Shown piece after piece: positions 1 to 14,909 of a DNA stretch of 64,000 nucleotides; within the stretch, counting starts at the first letter, position 1, and each line of letters begins with the position of its first letter. The position numbers and the translations under genes were made by a program. Below the pieces are notes generated by a model, which made no database searches, was not told the origin of the DNA, and was given only the letters and a program-made list of their open reading frames with translations. The stretch comes from the human T2T-CHM13v2.0 reference genome, Homo sapiens: NCBI RefSeq assembly GCF_009914755.1, contig NC_060926.1. One strand, given 5' to 3'.

Positions 1-37
1 CTATAATTAGGGCTCTGAAATATTTTCAATCAACATA

Positions 38-116
38 TAGGTTGGTGCAAAAGTAATTGCAGTTTTTGGCATTGAAAGTAGTGGCCAAAACTGCAATTAC
101 TTTAGCACCAACCTAA
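38..116. mobile_element. MADE1 (Hsmar1-derived MITE), near complete, palindromic
   Basis: TAGGTTGGTGCAAAAGTAATTGC...GCAATTACTTTAGCACCAACCTAA terminal inverted repeats, ~80 bp, flanked by TA dinucleotides (36-37, 117-118). Confidence 0.92.
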
Positions 117-181
117 TATCATGAAGAAAGAAAAGAAGCACAGTCCTTGCTAGAAAACAGTGATAATCTCAATAGAAGAAT

Positions 182-655
182 CTAAGAGCTAGAAGACTCA
201 GTTGAAAACAGCAGAATCGGGCCAAATAGGAACAGCTCCAGTCTACTGCTCCCGGCGTGAGCGACACAGAAGACGAATGATTTCTGCATTTCCAACTGAG
301 GTACTGGGTTCATCTCACTGGGGAGTATCAGACAGTGGGTGCAGGACAGTGGGTGCAGTGCACTGAGCATGAGCCGAAGCAGGGCGAGGCATCGCCTCAC
401 CCGGGAAGCACAAGGGGTCAGGGAATTCCCTTTCTTAGCCAGGGAAAGGGGTGACAGAGGGCACCTGGAAAATTGGGTCACTCCCACCCTAACACTTTGC
501 TTTTCCAACCGTCTTAGCAAACGGCACACCAGGAGATTGTATCCCACACCTGGCACGAAGGGTCCTATGCCCACGGAGACTTGCTCATTGCTAATACAGC
601 AGTCTGAGATCAAACTGCAAGGTGGCAGCGAGGCTGGGGGAGGGGCACCTGCCAT
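182..655 (-). other. L1 ORF0 (antisense ORF in the 5'UTR), open and C-terminally extended (157 aa)
   Basis: Residue 80 onward of ORF 182..892 reads MAGAPPPASLPPCSLISDCC...VGVTQFSRC, matching the ORF0 N-terminus; ATG at 655-653; no stop until 182-184, outside the element. Confidence 0.75.
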
Positions 656-1227
656 TGCTGAGGCTTGAGTATGTAAAAAAAGCACAGGGAAGCTCGAACT
701 GGGTGGAGCCCACCGCAGCTCAAGGAGGCATGGCTGCCTCTGTAGACTCCACCTCTGGGGGCAGGGCATAGCCAAACAAAAGGCAGCAGAAACCTCTGCA
801 GACTTAAATGTCCCTGTCTGACAGTTTTGAAGAGAGTAGTGGTTCTCCCAGCATGCAGCTGGAGATCTGGAATGGACAGACTGCCTCCTCAAGTGGGTGC
901 TGACCCCCGAATAGCCTAACTGGGAGGCACTCCACAGTAGGGGCAGACTGACACCTCACATGGCCGGGTACTCCTCTGAGACAAAACTTCCAGAGGAACG
1001 ATCGGGCAGCAACATTTGCTGTTCGCCAATATCCGCTGTTCTGCAGCCTCCGCTTCTGATACCCAGGCAAACAGGGTCAGGAGTGGACCTCCAGCAAACT
1101 CCAACAGACCTGCAGCTGAGGATCCTGACTGTTAGAAGGAAAACTAACAAGCAGAAAAGACATCCACACCAAAACCCCATCTGTATGTCACCATCATCAA
1201 AGACCAAAGGTAGATAAAACCACAAAG

Positions 1228-2237
1228 ATGGGGAAAAAACAGAGCAGAAAAACTGAAAATTCTAAAATCAGAGCGCCTCTTCTACTCTACTCCAAAGGAA
1301 CGCAGCTCCTCACCAGCAATGAAACATGGAGAATGACTTTGACGAGCTGAGAGAAGGCTTCAGACAATCAAACTACTCCAAGCTAAAGGAGGAAGTTCGA
1401 ACCCATGGCAAAGAAGTTAAAAACCTTGAAAAAAGATTAGACAAATGGCTAACTAGAATAACCAATGCAAAGAAGTCCTTAAAGGACCTGATGGAGCTGA
1501 AAACCAAGGCACGAGAACTACGTGACGAATGCACAAGCCTCAGTAGCCAATTCGATCAACTGGAAGAAAGGGTATCAGTGATGGAAGATCAAACGAATGA
1601 AATGAAGTGAGAAGAGAAGTTTAGAGAAAAAAGAATAAAAAGAAATGAACAAAGCCTCCAAGAAATATGGGACTTTGTGAAAAGACCAAATCTATGTCTG
1701 ATTGGTGTACCTGAAAGTGACAGGGAGAATGGGACCAAGTTGGAAAACACTCTGCAGGATATTATCCAGGAGAACTTCCCTAATCTAGCAAGGCAGGCCA
1801 ACATTCAGATTCAGGAAATACAGAGAACGCCACAAAGATACTCCTCAAGAAGAGCAACTCCAAGACACAGAATTGTCAGATTCACCAAAGTTGAAATGCA
1901 GGAAAAAATGTTAAGGGCAGCCAGAGAGAAAGGTCGGGTTACCCATAAAGGGAAGCCTATCAGACTAACAATGGATCTCTCGGCAGAAACTCTAGAAGGC
2001 AGAAGAGAGTGGGGGCCAATATTCAACATTCTTAAAGAAAAGAATTTTCAACCCAGAATTTCTTATCCAGTGAAACTAAGCTTCATAAGTGAAGGAGAAA
2101 TAAAATACTTTATAGATAAGCAAATGCTGAGAGATTTTCTCACCACCAGGCCTGCCCTAAAAGAGCTCCTGAAGGAAGCACTAAACATGGAAAGGAACAA
2201 CTGGTACCACCCACTGCAAAAACATGCCAAATTGTAA
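1228..2237 (+). pseudogene. L1 ORF1p (RNA-binding chaperone), disrupted
   Basis: ATGGGGAAAAAACAG start at 1228; fragments MENDFDELRE.. and ..RPNLCLIGVPE..HPLQKHAKL; premature TGA at 1608-1610 and indels near 1270-1330. Confidence 0.93.
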
Positions 2238-2300
2238 AGACCAGCGAGGCTAGGAAGAAAGTGCATCAACTAACGAGCAAAATAACCAGCTAACATCATA

Positions 2301-6127
<3,827 letters not shown>

Positions 6128-6989
6128 ACAATGAGAACACATGGACACAGGAAGGGGAACATCACACACTTGGGGCCTGTTGTGGGGTGGGGGTAGCGGG
6201 TAGGGAGAGCATTAGGAGATATACCTAATGCTAAATGACGAGTTAATGGGTGCAGCACACCAACATGGCACATGTATACATATGTAACAAACCTGCACAT
6301 TGTGCACATGTACCCTCAAACTGAAATTATAATAATAAACAAAAAGAAAACAGCAGAATCACAGGGCAAATGTCCATGGGAGCTGATGAAGAGAGACTCA
6401 GTATTCAAAGACTTTTACAACTTCATAAGCAAAGCTTAAGACTCAGCGATAGGCTCACGTGATACTCCCGGTCAAACCTAATGAGACAAGGACGGTAATG
6501 GGGTTTGCCTAGAACAACATAGAAAGGAGCTATTACCAGATCCACCTGGTTGAGGGTAAATACAATTCCTTAATGAGGGAGGACTATAGACTAAACTCAA
6601 AACTGACTGAAATATTTTACAATTGCAGGCATATATACCTTGTGTATTTTTCTTATTTACACATTGTGGTTTCAATAATCTTCAATAAATTTATTCACAT
6701 CAACATCATTCTCTAGTTAAAGAATTTCTCTTAAGTCTTATTCTACATGAGTCATTGAACCCCAAATTGAGCCAAATTTCAGATTCACCAATTAATTGCC
6801 TCCTGATATTTCCTTACCACCCACAGGCAGCTCAAGTTGGACATCATTAAAAGTGAACTTACCATTTTTCCCTAGCCCTCTTCATTTTCCTAGAGACCAC
6901 ATTTCAGAGAATGACAAAACCAGCTGCATTGTTTCTAAAGCCCGAAACATGGATGGTGACTTTTATGTGTGCAAATATTTACTTATGTT

Positions 6990-7533
6990 TTTCTTTTATT
7001 ATTATTTTTTCAACTTTTATTTTGGATTCAGACGTTACATGTGCAGGTTTGTTACATGGGTATATTGTGTGATGCCAAGGTTTGGGATACAAATGATACC
7101 ATCACCCAGATAGTGGGCATAGTACCCAACAATTTTCCAATCCTTGTCCCCATGCCTCCTTCCCCACTCCAGTATTCCCCAGTTTCTCTTGTTGCCATCT
7201 TTATGTTCATGAGTACCCAATGTTTAGCTCCCACTTAAAAGTAAGAACATGCAGTATTTGGTTTTTTGTTCCTGCATTAATTCATTTAGGATAATGGCCT
7301 CCAGCTACATCCACATTGCAGCAAAGGACATGATTTTATTCTTTTTTTATGGCTGTGTAATATTCTATGGTATATATGCAGCATGTTTTCTTTGTTCAAT
7401 CTACCATTAATGGGCACCTAGGTTGATTCCATATCTTTGCTATTCTGAAGAGTGCTGCAATGAACATGTGTATGCATGTGTCTTTTTGGTAGAACAATTT
7501 ATTTTCTTTTGGATACATACATATCCTCCAGTA

Positions 7534-7586
<53 letters not shown>

Positions 7587-10500
7587 AGAGAGAGATATAT
7601 ATATATGGAGAGAGAGAGATATATATATGGAGATATATATATATGGAGATATATATATATAGATATATATATATAGAGATATATATATGGAGATATATAT
7701 ATATGGAGATATATATATGGAGATATATATATATGGAGATATATATATATGGAGATATATATAGATATATATATCTATATATTTATATATATATGGAGAT
7801 ATATATATATGGAGATATATATATGTGGAGATATATATATGGAGATACATATATATGGGGATATATATATGGAGATATATATATATGGAGATATATATAT
7901 GGGGAGATATATATATATGTATGGATATATATATATATATCTCTCTCTCCATAATGGGATTGCTGGGTCAAATGGTAGTTCTGCTTTGAGTTCTTTGAGA
8001 AATCTCTAAACTGCTTTCTACAGTAGCTGAGCTAATTTACATTCCCTTCAACAGTGTATAAGCATTCCCTTTTCTCCACAGCCTCACCAGCATCTGTGTT
8101 TTTTGACTTTTTAATAACAGCCATTCCTACTGGTGTGAGATGGAATCTCACTGTGGTTTTGACTTGCATTTCTCTGACAGTTATGTGGAGCATTATTTCA
8201 TATGTTTGCTGACATATGAGAAGACATACGTTGTATGTCTTCTTGTGAGAAATGTCTGTCCATGTCTGTTGCCTGTTTTTTAATGGGGTTAAGTTGGTTT
8301 TTGCCTGTTGAATTGTTGAAGTTGCTTATAGATTCCAGATAGTAGACCTTTGTTGGATGCATAGTTTGCAAATATTTTCTCCCATTCTGTAGGTTGTCTG
8401 TGTACTCTGTTGATAGTTTCTTCTGCTGTGCAGCTCTTTAGTTTAATTAGGTCCCACTTGTGAATTTTTGTTTCTGTTGCAAGTGCTTTTGAGGACTTAG
8501 TCATAAATTCTTTCCCAAGGCCAATGTCCAGAATGGTGTTTCTTAGGCTTTCTTCTAGGATTCTTATAGTTTGAGGTCTTACATTAAATCTTTAATCCAT
8601 CTTCAGTGGCTTTTTGTGTATGGTGAAAGGTAGGAGTCCAGTGTCATTTTTCTGCATATGGCTAGTCAGATATCCCAGGACAATTTATTGAATAGGAAGT
8701 TCTTTCCCCATTGCTTGTTTTTGTTGAGTTTGTCAAAGATCAGATGGCTGTACGTGGCACTGTTTCTGGGCTCTCTATTCTGTTTCATTGGTCTATATGC
8801 CTGTTTTTGTAGCAGTAGCATGCTGTTTTTGTTACTGTAGCTTTATAGTATAGTTTTAAGTTGGGTGATGTTATGTTTCCAGCTTTGTTCTTTTTGCTTA
8901 GTATTCCTTTGGCTTCTCAAGCTCTTTTTTGGTTCCATATGAATTGTAGAATAGTTTCTTCTAGTTCTGTAAAAAATGACATTGGTTGTTTGATAGGAAT
9001 AGTGTTGAATCTGTAGCTTGCTTTGGGAAGTGTGGCCATTTTAATAATATTGATTCTTCCTATCCATGAACATAAAATGTTTTTCCATTTGTTTGTGTCA
9101 TCTATGATTCCTTTGAGGAGTGTTTTGTATTTCTCCTTGTAGAGATCTCTCACCTCCTTAGGTAGATGTATTCCTAGGTATTTTTTTTTGTAGCTATTGT
9201 AAATGAGACTGCATTCTTGATTAGGCTCTCAGCTTGAACATTATTGGTATATGGAAATGCTCTGGATTTTTGTACATTGATTTTATATTGTGAAACTTTA
9301 CTGAAAGTGTTTATCTGTTCCAGAAGCTTTGGCAGGGTCTTTAGGGTTTTCTAGGCATAGAATCATATAATCAGTGAAGAGAGATAGTTAGACTTCTTCT
9401 TTACCTATTTGGATGCCTTTTATTTCCTTATCTTGCTTGATTGGTCTGCTTGGTACTTCTAGTACTATGTTGAATTGGTTGAATTGGAGTGGTAAGAATA
9501 GGCATCCTTGTCTTGTTCCAGTTCTCAATGGGAATGCTTCTTTTTTTTTTTTTGGTCTGTTTAGTGTGATGCTGGTTGTGCATTTGTCATAGATGACTCT
9601 TCTTATTTTCGGGTACATTGCTTCAGTGCCTAGTTTGTTGAGTTTTTTTTTTTAATCATTAAGCGATGTTGGATTTTATCTAAAGCTTTTTCTACCTCTT
9701 TTACAATGATCATATGTTTTGTTGTTAATTCTCTTTATGTGGTAAATCGAATTTATTGATATGTGTATGTTGCATGAACTTTACACCCTAGGAATGAAGG
9801 CTACATCATCATGGTGAATTAACTTTTCAATATGCTGTTGAATTTGATTTGCTAGTATCTTGTTGAAGATTTTTGTGTCTATGTTGATCAGGAATATTGG
9901 CCTGCATTTTGTTTTTTTTTCTTTGTGTCTTTTCCAGGTTTTGGTATCAGGTGAATGCTGGCTTCATAGAATGAGTTAGGAAGGAGTCCTTCCTCTTTCT
10001 GTTTTTGGAGTAATTTCTGTAGAATTGAAACAAGCTCTTCTTTGTATGTCTGGTAGAATTTTGCTGTGAATCTATTTGCTGTAGAGCTTTTTTTGGTTGG
10101 TAGGTTTTTTTTTATTACTGATTCAATTTTGGAACTTGATATTGGTCTGTTAAAGGTTTCAATATTTCTTTCTGATTAAATGTTAGTAGATTGTGTGTTT
10201 CTAGGAATTTATGTGTTTCCTCTAGATTTTGTATTTTGTGTGTGTAGATGTGTTCATAGTCGTCTCTGAGAATCTTTTGTATTTCTGTGGGATTGGTGCT
10301 AATGTCACTTTTGTTGTTTCTGATTGTGCTTATTTTGATCTCTCTCTTTTTGTTGTTAATCTAGGTAGTGGTCTCTTGATCTTGTTTATTCTTTCAAAGA
10401 ACCCACTTTTAGTTTTGTTGATGTTTTTTGTATAGATTTTTGTGTCTCATTTCATTCAGTTCCACTCTGTTAGTTATTTCTTTCCTTTTGCTAGCTGCGG

Positions 10501-11057
10501 GGTTAGTTTATTTACCTTTTTCTAGTTCCTGTAGGTGCGATGTTAGATCGTTAATTTGAGATCTTTCTAGCTTTTTGAGGTGGGTATTTAGTGCTATAAT
10601 CTTTTGTCATAACATTGCTTTTGCTGCATCACAGAGATTTTGCTATGTTGTATCTCTGTTTTCATTTATTTCAAGGAAATTAAAAAATTTTCTTCCTTAA
10701 TTTCATTGTTTACCCAAAAGTCATTTAGGAGGAGCAGGGTGTTATTAATTTCATGTAATTCTGTGGTTTTGAGAGATCTTCTTGATATTGCTTTCTGTTT
10801 CATTCCACTGCGGTGTGAGAGTATTTCTATGTTTTTGAATTTATTGAAATTCAATAAATTTGAATGGCTGAGCATGTGGTTGACCTTTGAGTATGTTCTG
10901 TGTGTAGATGTGAAAGATGTACATTCTATGGTTGCTGGGTGGAGTATTTTTAGGTGTCTATTAGGTACCATTTGTCAAGTGTCATATTTAAGTCCAGAAT
11001 TTTTTGTTAGTTTTCTGCCTCAATGATCTGTCTAATGCTGTCAGTGGGGTTTAAGTT
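6990..11057 (-). mobile_element. Older 5'-truncated LINE-1 (L1PA15/16-like), ~4 kb
   Basis: T-rich tail at ~6990 followed by antisense L1 3'UTR; minus-strand ORF2 fragments (8289-8504 KWDLIKLKS, 8917-9153 [14 protein letters not shown], 9388-9618 [12 protein letters not shown], 10666-10971 endonuclease remnant). Confidence 0.88.
7538..7953. repeat. Compound TA-rich micro/minisatellite: (TA)23 followed by GGAG(AT)n units
   Basis: Pure TA run 7538-7584, then many GGAGATATATAT-type units; sits inside the old L1 at its CCAGTA/ATGGGATTGCTGG site. Confidence 0.97.
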
Positions 11058-11059
11058 CG

Positions 11060-11700
11060 GTTGATGACTTCTTATACTTCTCTCTTTCTTATTCTTTCTC
11101 TCTCACCACCTCATCCAATTGATTCACAATGCCTACACCTTCTATTTTCTAACAAACTCTTGAATTTAATTGCGCCTTTTCCTCTTTCCCAGTGTCTTTA
11201 AGTTCACAATCCTTTCACTTCTAACCTATGTTATTGTCTTTCTGTCTCCTCTGACCACATTCCTATGTGCTCTTCTCTTTGCTTTGGTGATTTTTCTAAC
11301 ACGCATATCTGATCATATTACTTCTCTGTTTAAACTCCTTCAGTAGTTCTGTAGAGCCTTTAGGACGAAACTAAACTCTGCCTTACTGAATTAAGCACAT
11401 GATGATTTGAACTCTGGTTATCTCTACCTCATACCCCCACCTCATCTTTTGCATGCAGTGCTCCACATGGGCTACTGGATCAGGTCTTGCTATCTTTATA
11501 TATGCTGTTCTCTCTATCATCCCTTACTTGTCCTTCACAACTCAGCTCATGCTATCTTCTGCAGAAAGCTTTTAAATGATAGACCCCAGCTATATAGTTA
11601 AGACTTCACTTTTTCTTTGATTCTTCAATATTTTTCCAATTCATCTCTTTACCACATCTATGATATCAGGCTTTTCTTATTCCATATCAGTTATTTATTA
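11060..11700 (+). mobile_element. Degenerate L2 LINE fragment
   Basis: Pyrimidine-rich L2-like text, e.g. CATATCTGATCATATTACTTCTCTGTTTAAACTCCTTCAGTAG. Confidence 0.5.
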
Positions 11701-13039
11701 AAATATTAGCTTGCTTTTTCTAATGTCCTTTTCCTGTCTCTATTCTTTGTCTTTATGCATATATTAATATATGTCTATTGGTGCTGAGTTTTGGCTTAGT
11801 CTTTTCTATATCCCTATTTTATTTCTCTACATATTTTCCATATGATGTTTTATAAACGAGGAAATATTTCATAAAGGACCTTATAATTCCACTTTATTAA
11901 TAACACTAACCTAAGGAAAGTCCAAGACAAACACATTGAACTTTTTCACTAAATTCTTTTAAGTTAGTCTTGCTGTAATCATACTGTTCTCAGCAGTTAA
12001 ACGTTTAGTTGTATCAAAGACTAATATACTTTATTGGTGCATAATCTTCAAAGAGTCTTAAGGTCTCCAAACCAGAGAGCTAGCACAGGCATAGGTCAGA
12101 AGTCCACGGCGTGCTCATGACTTATTGTAAAGTAAAGGTTTCTATTTGTCGATGATAAGACAAGTAGACTAAGATCAGCCCAATTCATAAATTTGGTCTG
12201 GGTCAGATGCAATTCACAGATATCAACCAATAGATGTGTGAATTGCAATTGTTAGTGGCCTTGAACTGCCCCACCTTGAATCGAGGGAAATCAATGTGGC
12301 TTTGTTCAGCAGTGACTGCCTGAAAGGACCATAAATCAGGAGCCTCCATAGAACCCTTTTATTGTCAAGGTAATGGCAAAGAAAAATGATAGCAGTTATT
12401 CCATTTACAGAGTTTAGCCTTTTTTCTTCTTCCTGATTGTTGTTTCTTCCAGTTTTCTTTTTGTATCTGAATAATCACAGCATGTAGCTTTTGAATTTTT
12501 TTCCTAGAGGAATGTGTGATATAAAACACCATAAAGTTCGCAGTTAGAAGGATGTCTTAAATAATTTTGTCAAAACTCTTATGGCTATGCTGTAGTTTGA
12601 ACTGGCCAACCAAACGGTCATCCAAAATTAGAGTTTTATACCTTTGGTAACTGTTAGCCACCGTTTCTAATTTCATATCGTAATTATATGTCAGACCCAG
12701 GCCATTATACATGCTATCTATGTGACTGAAATTTGTTCATTTTCCCCTATAAAAACTGATTAGTAGCAGTAGATTGCTGTTGGTAATGCTATGATAGTTT
12801 AAGTGCCATATAGTTTAAGAACCATATATGGTTCTCTATAGTCATGATGCCCTGACATTTTTGTATGTTGTGGTCTGTTGTGTCTTTCCAGAGATTTGTC
12901 ACTAATATTTCTCAAGGTACCAACTATTGTGAGTTTCTAATTTTATAAATTAGACTAGATTTGCAGTGATCTCTATGATGATGCTGTTACTGCCACTTAA
13001 TTTCTTTAGTGGGAGAGATAGTATTGCTGGGGCCATTTG

Positions 13040-13500
13040 TCCCAGGTATATTAGCCAAATGCTAATTATTGCTCAATATCTGTTCTCTTCCTTTTCCTTA
13101 GTAAAAGAAGACCAGATTTTTCAAGTAGGTAGATGCGTGGTTAGAATAAAGACTATATTTCCCAACCATTCTTGTAGATAGATGTGGCCATTTACTGTGT
13201 TCTGGCCAATGGAATGAAGGTGGAAGTAATGTCCAGCTTACTGAAAGTGTCTCCAAAGGGAATGGCTTGCTACTTTTTCTTCTTTCTTTTTTCTATATGA
13301 CTGGAATACAGATATGATGGCTGAGGCACCAGCAGCCATGTTGGACCTTGGGAAAGGAAGTCACGTAAGAAAAGGAACAGGGTCTCATTCTGTGTAGCCT
13401 CATAGCTGCCCAACTGCTGTATTTAACAGATGTGGGAGAGAACTAAGTTTCTAACTTATTAAGCTTCGGCTATTCTTTTTTCTGAACTAAATTCTCTTTA
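13040..13500. mobile_element. MLT1-family (MaLR) solo LTR relic
   Basis: TATTTCCCAACCATTCTTG..TTCTGGCCAATGGAATG..GATATGATGGCTGAGGCACCAGCAGCCATGTTGGACC is typical MLT1 sequence. Confidence 0.65.
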
Positions 13501-14379
13501 TTACAAAATACAAACAAAATAAAGATTGAGAACTGACACTGACAATTACGTGTTTCCTAAATTCCCGACCAACATTTCTGAATGCTGAACCTTTCCAGGT
13601 GGGTGACCTGCAGGCCCTTTAAATCTAAATTTACCAAATTCAGCTCATTATCTTAACCTCAAAATTTTCTCCTCTTGTGTTTTTTAAGGTTTTTATTAAT
13701 TCCAAATGAAAGCCTTAAAAACATCTTTAGTTCCTACCCTTCTCTCACCAATTATGTGAGTGAAACCAGCAGAGTTAAGATTTTCTTCTGAAATGGTCTT
13801 ACAAAATCAGAATACAATCTTAAGTTTCTTGATGAGTTTCTGTAGAAAATTAGATGTGTTTATTAACTTGTGCCAAGTTGTTCCTTGCTCTTTGTATAAC
13901 TGTCCCATCTTTACACATTAATTATTAATTTTGCCTTATCAGAGTTGCTATTTAATACTTTAATTCAACTTCTGGAGAACTGATTGCATTTTGCCCAAGG
14001 TGTAATCCCACTTTCTGAAACTACAGATAAGTTATATGAAAATTCTTTAAAAATGAATAGACTATGTGCATCTAAAGTATTCCTAATATATTTCATATTC
14101 TTTTGATGCCATTCTGAAAGTGAAACTATAATTCATCACTTTAGTATCAGTAATAAACATTAAAAAGGTGTTGCATCTGAAGTTTGAAATACTGTAGTGT
14201 ACAAAATTTTCTTTCCTAGAAAGTGATGCTTAAAGAAATGTTAGTAGTTTGGCATAGGTCTAATTCTGAATAATTATTGTCATTGACAACTATCATTATT
14301 TGCAGCTACCCATTATCTTCTAAATGGCCTTCAGAAATGATGGAGAAACTGACACGTTATGAGTATTTCCTGCCCTACA

Positions 14380-14760
14380 TGGATTTTGAACTTGAATTCC
14401 CAGCCTCGCTTGCATCTAGACACAGGCACGTGACCCAAGCCCCACCAGTCAGACAAACCCAATTGAAACTTTAGTTCAAAAGCATCCAGTATGAGGGAGC
14501 AGTGAAGTTTGCATTTTCCTGATGAAAATGTTGGAAGAGGTATTTGGCTTTGTTGGCGGGGAGGGCAATGATTTATGCAAAAGTTCCTAATGAAAAAATG
14601 GCTTTGTTCTGGGTTGTAGTGATATAATCAGAGATGCGTTCCAGCATACAGTGCTCAGAGGCAGCTGTGGTAGCTGTGGTTTTCTCATCAGCCTGTCTCT
14701 GTCATGTTCCTGGAAACACATCTATATGCTTATTGTTATATTCCTCAGATAAGTTCTGAG
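14380..14760. mobile_element. ERVL-class LTR relic (LTR33-like)
   Basis: TTCCCAGCCTCGCTTGCATCTAGACACAGGCACGTGACCCAAGCCCCACCAGTCAGAC motif. Confidence 0.45.
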
Positions 14761-14909
14761 AAATACAAATCGTCATTGTTTATTTACTTATATTTTTAAA
14801 TCAAATTTCTGATTTATTCATGTATTCCAGTTCATCCTAAGATGGTGATGTATGCCTCGGTATTGATTTTGCTAAATTTATATAACTTTGATAAATATAA
14901 AACACATAT

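Noticed and set aside
656-892. N-terminal 79 codons of the 236-aa minus-strand ORF as part of a real protein
   Set aside because: Begins at a non-ATG codon in L1 5'UTR sequence; only the part from the ORF0 ATG at 655 is recognisable
7423-8009. ORFs rich in YI/IY repeats on both strands
   Set aside because: Translation artefacts of the TA microsatellite
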